Source: an uncultured delta proteobacterium | GTDB lineage: Bacteria > Desulfobacterota > Desulfomonilia > UBA1062 | NCBI GenBank assembly: GCA_963785235.1 | Contig: CAWAUM010000007.1 | Location: forward strand, 64,001 to 128,000 | Direction of reading: 5' to 3' | Length of the DNA: 64,000 bases | Part shown: positions 11,786-22,997 of the stretch, piece after piece | Layout of the letters: each line of letters opens with the position of its first letter | How positions within the stretch are numbered: the stretch's first letter is position 1 | Notes under the pieces: generated by a model | Told to the model about the DNA's origin: nothing | The model's database searches: none | What the model saw: only the letters and a program-made list of their open reading frames with translations | Position numbers and translations under genes: made by a program

Positions 11786-13111
11786 TTATTCTGGTTTGTT
11801 CTTAAGTTTCCTGTCCTCAACACGGATCACCACAGGGGTACCTTTCACCTCCTCAAGGGCGGATATGGATACAATGGCCTTTCTTACATTTGATTCCTTA
11901 GCCTCATGCGTCAGCAAGACAACCGGTATGAAATCCTTATCTTCACCCGCCTTTTGGATCACAGAGACAATACTGATGTCCCTCTCTCCAAGTATGCCGG
12001 CAATTTTTGCCAGCACGCCCGGTTTGTCCGAGGCATTTATCCTCAGATAATAATTCGTATGGATGTCGTCAATGGGCATGTATTTTTTTGGATTTGAGAC
12101 GTCCTTGCGATATCCCAGGTGGGGGATACGGCCTGCAATGCCTGCACGGATGTTTCTCCCTATATCTGCAAGGTCGCTCACTACAGCCGAGGCTGTGGGC
12201 ATCATCCCTGCTCCCCTGCCGTAAAAGAGGGTTGAGTCTACAATGTCTCCCCGTACATAAAAGGCGTTGAATACGCCGTCGACCTTGGACATGAGGTAAT
12301 TCAGGGGAACAAGCGTCGGATGTACACGGGCCTCCACCTTGTCGCCTCTGTCAATGGCCAATGCCAGCAGCTTTATCTTATAGCCCAGTTCCCTGGCAAA
12401 GGTTACATCGAGTTTGTCAAGGTTACTAATCCCATCAACATATACACCATGCATATCAGGCGGTACGCCATAGGCAAGGCTGGTTATCAGTGCGAGCTTG
12501 TGCGCTGCGTCAATGCCTTCTATATCTAAGGTGGGGTCGGCCTCTGCATAACCAAGCTTGGAAGCCTGGGCCAAGGCCTCCTGAAAGGATGAGCCTTTCT
12601 CTCCCATCTCGGTGAGGATGTAGTTGCATGTGCCGTTTAATATCCCATAGATAAAGGAGTAGTTGTTTGCAATGAGGGCCTCGCGCAAGGTTTTGATGAT
12701 GGGTATTCCTCCGCCTACTGCGGCCTCATAGTACAGATCTTTCCCATATGTCTGGGCAGCGTCGAACAGTTCTTTGCCATGGGATGCTAGAAGCGCCTTA
12801 TTGGCAGTCACCACATGCTTTCCATTCTTCAGGGCTTTCAGTATGAAGGTCTTTGCTGTTTCTATCCCGCCGATGAGCTCGATTATGATGTGAATCTCAG
12901 GGTCATTAATGAGCTTATTCGCATCCGTGGTGAGCAGTCCTGTGGGGATGCTTATACCACGGTCTTTGGTGATATCGATGTCCGCGATCCCTTTCAGGGT
13001 TAGAGAAAAACCGAGCCGGTCCTCCAGAAGAGCCTTGTTCTCCAACAGGGTCTTGGCGACCCCGGTACCGATGGTGCCTAACCCGATGAGCCCGATATGT
13101 ATCGTATCCAT
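11786..13111 (-). CDS. hom: homoserine dehydrogenase with C-terminal ACT domain
   Basis: GLIGLGTIG, HVVTANKA, YEAAVGGGIP, GILNGTCNYIL, GYAEADPTLD, DKPGVLAKI. Confidence 0.96.
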   Translation of the reverse strand: MDTIHIGLIGLGTIGTGVAKTLLENKALLEDRLGFSLTLKGIADIDITKDRGISIPTGLLTTDANKLINDPEIHIIIELIGGIETAKTFILKALKNGKHVVTANKALLASHGKELFDAAQTYGKDLYYEAAVGGGIPIIKTLREALIANNYSFIYGILNGTCNYILTEMGEKGSSFQEALAQASKLGYAEADPTLDIEGIDAAHKLALITSLAYGVPPDMHGVYVDGISNLDKLDVTFARELGYKIKLLALAIDRGDKVEARVHPTLVPLNYLMSKVDGVFNAFYVRGDIVDSTLFYGRGAGMMPTASAVVSDLADIGRNIRAGIAGRIPHLGYRKDVSNPKKYMPIDDIHTNYYLRINASDKPGVLAKIAGILGERDISIVSVIQKAGEDKDFIPVVLLTHEAKESNVRKAIVSISALEEVKGTPVVIRVEDRKLKNKPE

Positions 13112-13121
13112 GTGTTCTCCT

Positions 13122-14039
13122 TTAATCAAACTTATCCTTACCCATATTGTGCCGTGAATTTCGTATTTCTTTGAGGGCTTCTTTGGCTTGGTAAGAGCTC
13201 CTCACAAACGGTCCTGCTATACAATAGCCTATACCGAGTGATTTCGCAAGATTGGACCAGCTTTCAAAAAATACAGGTTCCCAATAACGTGTCACTGGTA
13301 TCTGTAACATGGCGGGTCTCAGGTACTGGCCTATGGTCACCACATCACATCCAACCTCAGCCAGAGCTCCCAGGAGATCCTTTATCTCGGATTCGGATTC
13401 TCCGAGTCCTACCATGAACCCTGACTTGACGATAGTCCCCGGAGAGATATTTTTGATACTTCTGAGTAAATCGAGGCTCCTTGTCAGGCTCGAGTAGGGC
13501 CTGATTGCAGGATAGAGCCTCTGGGCCGTCTCCACATTATGGCCGAATACATCGGGTTTCTCGTTCAGAACAATCTCCAGCAGGTCCTGCCTGCCGGAAA
13601 AGTCGGGGGTGAGTATTTCAATAGTGCATGCAGGGATAAGATCCCTTATGGCCCGGACTGTCGAAGTAAATCCGCAGGCTCCCTTATCCGGCAAGTCATC
13701 TCGTGTAACCGAGGTGATGACCACATGTTCCAGCCCCATTTCTTCTGCAGTGTGTGCCACAAGGGAAGGTTCATGGAGGTTTACCGGGGCCGGGGTGCCC
13801 TTATGAACTGAACAGAAGGAACAACAACGGGTGCACACATCCCCTAAGATGAGGAATGTGGCAGTGGGTTTAAGGAAACATTCACAGATATTGGGGCACC
13901 TTGCTTCTTCACACACTGTGGAGAGCCCGTAATGCCGGAGTTTTGCCTTCAGGTGGTGCAGCGCCGAGAGGTCTCTGTTTTTTTTCAGCCACCCGGGCAG
14001 CCGGGGTGGCTGATTATGGGGTGCTTCCGGATGGTCCAT
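13122..14039 (-). CDS. lipA: lipoyl synthase
   Basis: TVCEEARCPNICEC, CTRCCSFC, VITSVTRDDL, HNVET, GQYLRP, GPFVRSSY. Confidence 0.95.
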   Translation of the reverse strand: MDHPEAPHNQPPRLPGWLKKNRDLSALHHLKAKLRHYGLSTVCEEARCPNICECFLKPTATFLILGDVCTRCCSFCSVHKGTPAPVNLHEPSLVAHTAEEMGLEHVVITSVTRDDLPDKGACGFTSTVRAIRDLIPACTIEILTPDFSGRQDLLEIVLNEKPDVFGHNVETAQRLYPAIRPYSSLTRSLDLLRSIKNISPGTIVKSGFMVGLGESESEIKDLLGALAEVGCDVVTIGQYLRPAMLQIPVTRYWEPVFFESWSNLAKSLGIGYCIAGPFVRSSYQAKEALKEIRNSRHNMGKDKFD

Positions 14040-14343
14040 CGATATCCCCCGGCGGGGTGAGCGATGTTCTTGCGGCCTTGGCCTGAACAGACCTGTTCTT
14101 GAGATCCTCCAGGTGCTTGTTCGCTCGACGCTCCTCATCTTTCAGGTCGCCTCCCGACATGAAACAAAAGAGGATTGCCGTAATGGTACCTGCAAGGAAA
14201 CAGGCAAAGAGGACAAGGTATAAGGGATAGGATATCGAGTAGTAAGAAAAGACATGTACTGTGGCACTATCCTGGTTGGAAATCCCGAAAAGGATACCGG
14301 TAATGGCCAATAGAAAAAAGATGGCTGCCTTAAGGTATTTCAA
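14014..14343 (-). CDS. LapA-family (DUF1049-like) membrane protein
   Basis: Two TM segments around ILFGISNQDSATV and PLYLVLFACFLAG, then a short coiled tail; TTG start. Confidence 0.7.
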   Translation of the reverse strand: MKYLKAAIFFLLAITGILFGISNQDSATVHVFSYYSISYPLYLVLFACFLAGTITAILFCFMSGGDLKDEERRANKHLEDLKNRSVQAKAARTSLTPPGDIDGPSGSTP

Positions 14344-14807
14344 GGGAGGTTCCCCTTGATCTTGTCCCTAGTGTTTTCGATGTGCTCGGAGATTATATGC
14401 GCCTCACCCAGGACCGGCATGAAGTTGGTGTCACCCTTCCAGCGCGGCACTATGTGCATGTGCAGGTGGTCTGCAATCCCGGCCCCTGCAACATCGCCCA
14501 GGTTGAACCCGACATTGAATCCTTGAGGCTTCAAGGCAGGCTTGATTGCGGAAAGGATCGACTGTGTCATTGTCATGATCTCGGAAAGCTCTTCAGTGCC
14601 CAGATCGGTAAAATCCCCAATATGCCTGTAGGGGGCAACCATACAATGGCCTGTAGTATATGGGAAGAGGTTCATGATGGCAAAACAGAGCCTTCCTGTA
14701 GTGAGTATGAGCCTGTCCTTTGCTTCAGGTGCTGTGCAGAAGACGCAGGAGAGCTCTTTCGGTGAAGTCAAATATTCAATCCTCCATGGCGCCCAGAGAT
14801 TTTTCAT
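14340..14807 (-). CDS. HIT-family hydrolase (Ap4A phosphorylase/FHIT-like)
   Basis: LWAPWR, CVFC, NLFPYTTGH, GFNVGFNLG..AGAGI, HLHMHIVPRW.GDTNFMP. Confidence 0.92.
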   Translation of the reverse strand: MKNLWAPWRIEYLTSPKELSCVFCTAPEAKDRLILTTGRLCFAIMNLFPYTTGHCMVAPYRHIGDFTDLGTEELSEIMTMTQSILSAIKPALKPQGFNVGFNLGDVAGAGIADHLHMHIVPRWKGDTNFMPVLGEAHIISEHIENTRDKIKGNLP

Positions 14808-14847
14808 AGCGCGATACGTTCCCCCTTGATCGTAGATTCCATGCGCT

Positions 14848-16101
14848 TCATAACGTTGCCTCTGCCTGGGGGTAGATGTTTTTCACATCGTACACCACAC
14901 AGTTCTTGGCCTTGATCTTATCCAGGTCAAGGGGTTTGAATTCATCGTGTGCCACGGCCACTATGATGCCTTCGTATGAAGTGAGCTGGTCTATTCGGGA
15001 TATGATATCGATGCCGTACTCGTGCCTTACCTCATCAGGATCCGCCACAGGGTCGAATACTTCCACCGTGCAGTCAAAGTCCTTGAGCTGGTTGATAACG
15101 TCAACGACCCTGGAGTTTCTGATGTCAGGGCAATTCTCCTTGAAGGTAATGCCGAGCACCAGGATCTTCGTGTCTGTGATGCGGTGGCATTTTTTGATCA
15201 TCATCTTGATGAGCTGGGTGGCCACATACCTGCCCATACCATCGTTGATCCTGCGGCCGGCCAGGATCACCTGGGGTATGTACCCGAGGCTCTCGGCCTT
15301 GTGGGTCAGGTAATAAGGATCTACGCCGATACAGTGTCCTCCCACGAGTCCCGGGGAGAAAGGCAGGAAGTTCCATTTTGTCCCTGCCGCGGTGAGTACG
15401 TCAGAGGTTTTGATGTCCATACGGGCGAAGATCATTGCCAGTTCATTGACAAAGGCGATATTGATGTCGCGCTGGGTGTTCTCAATGACCTTGGCCGCCT
15501 CAGCCACCTTGATGGATGGGGCGAGGTGGGTGCCTGCCGTGATAATGGAACGATAGAGTTCATCGACAATCTTGGCGGTTTCAGGGGTGGATCCCGAGGT
15601 GACCTTCATTATATTCGTGACGCGATGGGCCTTGTCGCCAGGGTTTATTCGTTCAGGGCTGTATCCGCAGAAAAAATCGCGGTTGAATATCAGCCCGGAT
15701 GTCTTTTCAATGACCGGCACGCAGTCATCTTCCGTGGCTCCCGGATAAACCGTGGATTCATAGACAACGATATCGCCTTTTTTTATGACCTTTCCCACTG
15801 TCTCACTCGCCTTGAGCAGCAAGGAGATGTCGGGCCTGTTGAATACGTCAATGGGGGTGGGCACTGTGACGATAAAAAATGTACAGGATCTGAGGTCTTC
15901 AGGATTTGTGGTGTAGCTCAAAAGCTTTGCAGCCTGCAGTTCACTGCTGGTCACCTCGAGGGTCTTGTCTGAAAATGACTTGAGCTCGGATATCCTTTTG
16001 CCATTAATATCAAAACCCACGGTTGAGTATTTTTTACCGAACTCAACAGCCAGGGGCAACCCCACATACCCAAGCCCGATGATCCCTATACGGTGTTCCA
16101 T
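14848..16101 (-). CDS. UDP-N-acetylhexosamine 6-dehydrogenase (TviB/WbpO family)
   Basis: [70 protein letters not shown]. Confidence 0.92.
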   Translation of the reverse strand: MEHRIGIIGLGYVGLPLAVEFGKKYSTVGFDINGKRISELKSFSDKTLEVTSSELQAAKLLSYTTNPEDLRSCTFFIVTVPTPIDVFNRPDISLLLKASETVGKVIKKGDIVVYESTVYPGATEDDCVPVIEKTSGLIFNRDFFCGYSPERINPGDKAHRVTNIMKVTSGSTPETAKIVDELYRSIITAGTHLAPSIKVAEAAKVIENTQRDINIAFVNELAMIFARMDIKTSDVLTAAGTKWNFLPFSPGLVGGHCIGVDPYYLTHKAESLGYIPQVILAGRRINDGMGRYVATQLIKMMIKKCHRITDTKILVLGITFKENCPDIRNSRVVDVINQLKDFDCTVEVFDPVADPDEVRHEYGIDIISRIDQLTSYEGIIVAVAHDEFKPLDLDKIKAKNCVVYDVKNIYPQAEATL

Positions 16102-16232
16102 AGCCCCTCCGGACACTAGTAAAGAATTGTGGTCCTTATACTCCAAGGATCGTTTGTATCGCCAGAACAAAAAATATTGCTTGGAAAACTGCTTTAACCC
16201 CGGATAGCGATTAAGATGAGTAAAAAAATTGA

Positions 16233-16318
16233 TCCGTTAAAAGCCTCAATCTTGCAGCCTTTGCGGGATGCTAATTTCCTTAGTCCTTCAAGGCTGCAAG
16301 ATTGAGGCTTTTAACGGA
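16233..16318. repeat. perfect 29-bp inverted repeat with 28-nt spacer (MITE/REP-like)
   Basis: TCCGTTAAAAGCCTCAATCTTGCAGCCTT (16233-16261) and its exact reverse complement at 16290-16318. Confidence 0.85.
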
Positions 16319-16355
16319 CCTGGTTTTATTCATCGTAAACCCAAAATATCCGGGC

Positions 16356-16392
16356 AAAAAAAGGAGAGCAGGCCTATGCTCCTGCTCTCCTT
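16356..16392 (-). terminator. rho-independent terminator of the ompA-family gene
   Basis: Minus strand AAGGAGAGCAGG-AGCATAGG-CCTGCTCTCC followed by T7. Confidence 0.85.
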
Positions 16393-16411
16393 AGATAGTG
16401 TCAGTGTTATG

Positions 16412-17500
16412 TCAGATGGGCTTGAACTCCACCCTCCTGTTCCTGGTCCTGTTTTCATCGGAGTCATTGGGCACAACAGGCTTGCTGAAGCCGAAGCCGT
16501 TTACCTTCAACCTCTCAGGGGCGATCCCTTTGCCAACGATGTACTTTCTCACCGAGTCTGCCCGTTTATAGGATAGTTTCATATTGTACTCAGCCGAGCC
16601 TTTGTTATCCGTGTGGCCCTGAATTTCCATCTTAATGCCCTTGTTTGTCGCCAGATATTCAACAACCTCATCCAGGACAGCAAAAGAGTCCGGTTTGACG
16701 TTCGACTTGTTAAAGTCGAAGAGGATGTTCCTGAAGATGATTGCGCCCTGCTCAGCAGCAGGCGGACAGCCATTGGCATCTACTTTGATCCCCTTCGGCG
16801 TATCCGGGCATTTGTCTATACAGTCAGGGACCCCGTCCCCATCGCTGTCTTTCTTGCACCAGTCTTTTTCTACACAACCATCAGGTCCGCCCGGGCATAG
16901 TTCTTCTTTAAGAGGTTCAACAGGTGCAGGGGGTGCGGGTTCTTCGTCCTCCATGCCGAATTCAAAGGTAAGGCCGGCACTATAGAGCAGATTGTGATGA
17001 AGCTCATTTCCTGTATCGTTTAGAATATATCGTGCATCACCCCTGAGGGCGAAGTTCTTCGAGAGGTAGTGCTTCACGCCGAAACCGGGGTCTAGTATGA
17101 AGTCATAGTTCTTCTGGTTGTCGAGGCCTTTGTTTTTATATGAGGTAAAACCGGCGCCGAGGGAAACATAGGGAACTGTTTTGTCCGAAATGAGTCCAAT
17201 CAGGTGAAGGAGGAGGTCAAACCGATAGAGCAGTATCCTACCGCTATGTCCGCCGCGACTTGAGTCAATTGAGTTAAAGTTGAATTCAGTACCGAGTTTT
17301 TTTGATAAGTTCAAGCCTGCCCCTATTCCCCATTCCATGCCGCTGGAATAGTGCAGACCGCCGTCCACCTTGTATCCGCCAATAGAAGGGGTAATGTTGA
17401 TGGTGCCGGGCTTGATCTCTGCATATGCCCCGGGTGGATTGAGGAGAAAAAGGGTAAGAACGAATAACGCAGCTGCATGTATGATGTGATTGGTTTTCAT
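16412..17500 (-). CDS. OmpA/OprF-family outer membrane protein (beta-barrel, Pro linker, Ca-binding Asp/Cys repeat, PG-binding domain)
   Basis: Signal peptide, DSDGDGVPDCIDKCPDTP, ILFDFNKS, IQGHTDNKG, NMKLSYKRA, NRRVEF; RBS GGAGG before 17500. Confidence 0.92.
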   Translation of the reverse strand: MKTNHIIHAAALFVLTLFLLNPPGAYAEIKPGTINITPSIGGYKVDGGLHYSSGMEWGIGAGLNLSKKLGTEFNFNSIDSSRGGHSGRILLYRFDLLLHLIGLISDKTVPYVSLGAGFTSYKNKGLDNQKNYDFILDPGFGVKHYLSKNFALRGDARYILNDTGNELHHNLLYSAGLTFEFGMEDEEPAPPAPVEPLKEELCPGGPDGCVEKDWCKKDSDGDGVPDCIDKCPDTPKGIKVDANGCPPAAEQGAIIFRNILFDFNKSNVKPDSFAVLDEVVEYLATNKGIKMEIQGHTDNKGSAEYNMKLSYKRADSVRKYIVGKGIAPERLKVNGFGFSKPVVPNDSDENRTRNRRVEFKPI

Positions 17501-17717
17501 AGAGAATACATCCTCCCCGTTCATCACAGCTCTGACAATGTTCAAAAGGAAAATAATATTTAATATCACACGATATTCATAAAAAAGTCAATATTTTGTG
17601 TAACTCCGAGTATTGTATCCCTGAAACGGTGTCGACTTTTCTTGACAGCACTTTGCAAAAGCACTAGACAGATAACCACTTTTTTAACGTTATCAACTGC
17701 GCGAAAGCTGATTCCTC

Positions 17718-18515
17718 ATGGATAAAAAGATCACACGTATCGGAGTGTTTGATTCGGGAATAGGGGGGCTTACGGTCCTCAAGTGTCTTCTGGAGCTGGT
17801 CCCCGGCGTAGACATGGTTTATCTCGGGGACTCGGCCAGGCTGCCCTATGGCACAAAATCGTCCAGGACCATTATCCGCTACAGCCTTCAGTGCGCGCGG
17901 TTTCTTGCATCCATGGACATCGACATGCTGGTGATCGCTTGTAATACGGCAAGTGCCCATGCCATACCCGCATTGAAGGATGAATTTCATATCCCGGTCA
18001 TCGGCGTGGTAGAGGCGGGCGCCCGGGCTGCAATAGAGTGCGGCGGCAGCAGGATCGGGGTTATCGGCACCTCATCAACCATAAAGAGCCATGCATACGA
18101 GGAGACGATGAGGTCCTTGAAACAGGGGCTTTCGATCTTTCCCCAGGCATGCCCACTGTTCGTACCATTGGTGGAAGAGGGCTGGTATGAAGATGAAATC
18201 ACCGAGCAGGTAGCCAGACGTTACCTGAAAGATATTATTCATTCGAGAGTGGATACGCTGCTGCTGGGATGTACCCATTATCCTCTGCTGAAAAATGTTC
18301 TCTCAAAGGTTATGGGAACAGGTGTAACCATCGTGGATTCCGCTCTCTCCACAGCACGGGTGGTCAAGGGGATTGTAGGACATCAAGATGATAGTTCAGG
18401 GAGTCGTGACACCATCTATTACCTTTCAGATTCATCACCGAGGTTCATTGAACTTGGTGAGCACTTTCTCGGACGTGAAATGAAATATGTATATGATATA
18501 GATCTTTGTGTATAA
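17718..18515 (+). CDS. murI: glutamate racemase
   Basis: [42 protein letters not shown]. Confidence 0.96.
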   Translation: MDKKITRIGVFDSGIGGLTVLKCLLELVPGVDMVYLGDSARLPYGTKSSRTIIRYSLQCARFLASMDIDMLVIACNTASAHAIPALKDEFHIPVIGVVEAGARAAIECGGSRIGVIGTSSTIKSHAYEETMRSLKQGLSIFPQACPLFVPLVEEGWYEDEITEQVARRYLKDIIHSRVDTLLLGCTHYPLLKNVLSKVMGTGVTIVDSALSTARVVKGIVGHQDDSSGSRDTIYYLSDSSPRFIELGEHFLGREMKYVYDIDLCV

Positions 18516-18535
18516 TAGGGAGTGTGAGTAGTCCG

Positions 18536-20555
18536 ATGAAAACAAGAAACCTGGCCAGAATGAGGAACATCGGTTTCGTTGCCCATATCGATGCGGGCAA
18601 GACAACGGTAACCGAGCGGGTCCTCTACTATACCGGCAAGATACACCGGATGGGAGAGGTTCACGACGGGCAGGCCACCATGGACTGGATGCCTCAGGAG
18701 CAGGAACGGGGCATCACCATCACATCTGCTGTCACGACCTGTGAATGGAACAACCATGACATCCACATCATCGACACACCCGGCCATGTGGATTTTACCA
18801 TCGAGGTAGAAAGGTCGCTACGGGTGTTAGATGGGGCAGTAGTAATTCTCTGCGCCGTTGGCGGTGTTGAGGCCCAAACCGAGACTGTCTGGCAGCAGTC
18901 CAGGAAATACCATGTCCCAGCCATGGCCTTTATCAACAAGCTGGACCGCATGGGGGCCGATTTCAACTCCGTGCTCGAACAGATCAGGACACGCCTGGAA
19001 GTGACGCCGCTTCCCATCCAGATTCCCTACTATGAAGGCGATACATTCAAGGGCGTCATTGACCTCATAACCATGCAGAGGCTTGTGTGGGACGATGATA
19101 CCTTAGGGGCCAATTTCGTGACATCGCCCATTCCCGAAGAGATCGTCCCGGAGGCTGTCCTGGCCCGTGAAAATATGTTGGAAAGACTCTGCTGATTTTG
19201 ACGACGAGATTATGGAAAAATTTCTTGCCGGTGAACAGCCGGATGAAAAGAAGATAAAACAGGCCGTACGCAAGGTCACGGTAGATGAGAAACTGGTCCC
19301 GGTGCTGTGCGGTTCCGCCCTGAAGAACAAAGGTATCCAGACCTTGATCGATGCAGTGGTAGATTACCTTCCATCACCACTGGAAGTTAAGCCTGTGATA
19401 GCCCATTCAAAGAAATCTTTCGAAGAGGTCCTGATCCATCCGAATCCAAAAGGGCCTCTTGTTGCGTATGTTTTCAAGGTATACATGGATGAAGGCAGGA
19501 GGATGGTATACTTGCGGCTGTATTCCGGAACGCTCCATGTGGGGGACGATATATACAACAGCACACGGGAGATATATGAGAAGATAGCACGTTTGTTCTC
19601 CATGCATGCCCATCAGAAGCAGCGTATTGAGCAGGCATCAGCAGGTGACATTGTTGCCGTGGTAGGCCTGAAAGATTCTGTGACAGGCGACACAATCATG
19701 CTTCCGGCCGAAGCATTGGTGCTTGAGACCATTGATGTACAGAAGCCCGTCATATCGGTTGCAATAGAACCCAAGACCTCGGAATCATCCGAGCGCCTTC
19801 TTGAGGCCATGCGCAAGATCATGGAGGAAGACCCCACAATCAAGGTCCATGAAGACCCTGATACCGGCCAGGTTATCCTTGCCGGAATGGGAGAGCTTCA
19901 CCTGGAGATCGCACTTGATCGATTCAAGACCGCTTTTGGTGTAGACATCAATGTGGGCAAGCCCCAGGTGCTGTATTGTGCATCCATCGATAAGCCTTCA
20001 CAGGCCCAGAAGATATTTGATAAGCTCATTGGTGAAACGGCCCAATACGGTCATGTAGAGCTGAATATAAAACCTGACAAGAGAGGCATGGGAAATTCGT
20101 TCCACCTGGACCAGACACTTGAAGACGGTTTTAAAAATTATCTCATGAACGGCCTTGAAGAGGCATGTCTGGCTGATCCCATGTTCGGGTACGAGGTCGT
20201 GGACATCGAAGTTCACGTGGATAAGGTCGTGCTTACCGACAAAACCACGGGCCAGGGTCTGAAGATTGCCTCTCAGATGGCCCTGCAGGATGCCATGAAA
20301 AAATCCGGTGTAATCCAGCTTGAGCCCATCATGGAGCTTGACGCATTAGCTCCTGAAGACTATGTGGGGGATGTTGTAGGAGATCTATCGGCCCGGAAGG
20401 CGAGCATAGAGGGTGTTGTCATCAAGGGAAAATATCACCAGATAAAGGCATTTGTCCCTTTGTCCAGCACCTTTGGTTATTCAACTGCTCTGCGGTCATT
20501 GACCAGGGGAAGGGGGAGCTTCAGCATGAGGTTCTATGGGTTTGACAAGGTTTAG
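18536..20555 (+). CDS. fusA: elongation factor G paralog; split by one apparent indel near 19190
   Basis: [28 protein letters not shown] in ORF 18506-19195; [36 protein letters not shown] in ORF 19167-20555. Confidence 0.9.
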
Positions 20556-20585
20556 ACGATAGATGGACAGACGCTATAAGATGGA

Positions 20586-21425
20586 TTGCAGACGATTGTG
20601 ATGATCACCTTTTTCATGTGGGTGATTGCAGGAATAATAACCACAATATTCGGCCACGGCCTCTATAATCCGCCCAAGCCCCAGAAGGTTGACCCGGTGG
20701 CCGGCTTAAGCCGGAACAAACCGCTGAAGACCAGGAGCACTTACGACGTCATCTTAACCCGTGACCTCCTCAAGGTTGCCAAGACAGGGACTTCAGGTCA
20801 GGATCAGCCGATCACCGGAGATGCGGAAAGGCCGCTGGCTGAAATGGGGATTTCTCTCAAAGGTACAATAACCGGGCCCAGCGAAATTGCCCGGGCCATC
20901 ATCGAGGAGTCGAATGCTCAAAAACTGTACCGGATCGGTGATACCCTCAAGGGGGCAACTCTCATAGCAATATTCAGAAACAAGGTGATCATGGACGTGA
21001 ACGGCCAGCAGAAAATGCTTGTGGTTGAAGAAGCGAAATCCGGACCAGGTCTTGCTTCAAGGTCCGGGCGGACAAGCAGGAATCCGAGATTCCCTGTTGG
21101 AAATTCAGTTGCAGGCGCCGGCGGCGTGCCGGAGGCCATGAAGAACATGGACCAGTTACTAGGGAATGCCCGGGTGGTCCCATACTATCGTGGAGGTCAG
21201 CCCTATGGGTTCAGGGTCAGCGACGTTACTGAAGGGGCAAAGGTTTATGAGCTCGGTGTGCGTACGGGTGACATAATCAAGTCAATAAACGGCGTACCTA
21301 TCCGCACCCCGCAGGATGCCCTGAATGCCTACCAGGAACTCCAGAGCAACACAAATGTGCAAATGGAGATCGAGCGGCAAGGAACAACCACCACAGTTGA
21401 CTGTGCCGCTGAAGTGACGTTATGA
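20586..21425 (+). CDS. gspC: type II secretion protein GspC-like (TM, HR domain, PDZ)
   Basis: ISLKGTI...ARAIIE...QKLYRIGD, ARVVPYY..G.PYGFRV, LGVRTGDIIKSING; precedes gspD/E; start uncertain. Confidence 0.8.
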   Translation: MQTIVMITFFMWVIAGIITTIFGHGLYNPPKPQKVDPVAGLSRNKPLKTRSTYDVILTRDLLKVAKTGTSGQDQPITGDAERPLAEMGISLKGTITGPSEIARAIIEESNAQKLYRIGDTLKGATLIAIFRNKVIMDVNGQQKMLVVEEAKSGPGLASRSGRTSRNPRFPVGNSVAGAGGVPEAMKNMDQLLGNARVVPYYRGGQPYGFRVSDVTEGAKVYELGVRTGDIIKSINGVPIRTPQDALNAYQELQSNTNVQMEIERQGTTTTVDCAAEVTL

Positions 21426-21434
21426 CTGGGACAG

Positions 21435-22997
21435 ATGAGCATGTTTGAGCAGTACTTCGGATTATCAGAGAACCCTTTCAATGTGACCCCGGATCCGAAG
21501 TTTCTCTTCCTGTCCAAGGCCCACGAGGAGGCACTGTCATATCTGCGCTATGGAATTGATCAGCGCAAAGGCTTCATAATGATAACAGGTGAAGTGGGTG
21601 CAGGCAAAACAACCATCTGCAGGGCCTTACTCGGAAGTCTTCCCAAGACAGTACGTACGGCACTCGTGCTGAACCCTGCACTGTCGGATATTGAGCTTCT
21701 CCAGACCATCAACCAGGATTTCGGCATTGGATGCTTCATCCACCTCGAAAAAGACCCTCCTTGATGAGTCTCTATGAATTTCTTATAAACGTATTCGTTA
21801 CCGGAGAGAATGCCGTACTCATCATCGATGAGTGCCAGAACCTCTCAGTGGATGTCCTCGAGCAGATCCGCATGCTTTCGAATCTGGAGACCGAAAAGGA
21901 GAAACTCCTCCAGGTCGTCCTGGTAGGCCAGCCAGAGCTTGTAAAGGTTCTGGCTTCGCCTAACATGAAGCAACTCGATGACAGGATAGTACTTCGGTAC
22001 CATATCTGGCCCTTGAACCTTAGGGACACAAAAAGTTACATCAATCACAGGCTCATCATATCAGGCGCCCATGGTGATATTTCATTTACTGCCTTGGCAT
22101 TCAGACTCATCTATCATCAATCACGTGGTATACCAAGAAGGATCAATTCAGTAGCAGAGCGCTCGCTGCTCATTGCCTATTTAAAGGCCACAAAGCGGGT
22201 TACTTCACGCATTGTGCTTGGCGCCATCCGGGAACTCCAAGGAAACTATTCCAGACCCACTATCAGACAAAAAATTATCGTGCCTGTGCTCATCAGTGCC
22301 CTGTTGGTATTGACAGCCATCATAGTCTGGCCAGGTGTTTTTTCACACCGCTTTGAAATACCGGGTACTAAGATGAGCGCAAAAGATCAAAAAATAATCG
22401 CTCCGGTTCAGGAGGCATCCGTAACACCGCAGACCCTCGGAAATGTGCCTGCAAAGGAAAATGTACAGCCAAAGCGTGATTCAAAGGACTGGATAATGCC
22501 GGACTATAATGCTGCCTTTGATATCTTGAGCCAGCTGCCCGACGGGCTAGCCGGGCCTGATGCACTGAACCTTCATCCACAGCCGGATTACCTCAAGTAC
22601 CTTCCATCATCGGCAATCGTTTCCATGGATGGCGGATACCTCGTTATGCTCAAGGCAGAGGCGTCCTTTGTCAGGGTGGTTGGAAAAAACAAGGCTGTTA
22701 TCGAGATCCCTTTGGATGAATTCAAGAACCTTTACCGGTGGAATGTCATGGTCCCCTATGCGAAACCTCTGCATGAAACCGTGTATAGCCTTAATATGAC
22801 GGGTAACGATATTGAGAAGATACAGAAAGTCCTGTTCACACCTGGGCATGCTTGCCATCATGCCTGACGGGGTTTACGGGATAGAGACGGTGCAGGGGGT
22901 TGAAAAATTTCAGGAAGTCTTCGGGCTCAAGAGGGATGGCGTAACAGGTCCGGAGACCTTGGTCCTTTTACGTAATATTTCAGAAGGTGTCAGATGA
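21435..22997 (+). CDS. ExeA/GspA-family AAA ATPase with C-terminal peptidoglycan-binding domain; split by several apparent indels
   Basis: YFGLSENPFNVTPDP, Walker A GEVGAGKTT, Walker B IIDECQ, LVGQPEL, GIPRRIN, C-terminal DGVYG.ET...V..FQ...GL..DGVTGPET across ORFs 21435-21764, 21731-22867, 22812-22997. Confidence 0.85.
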
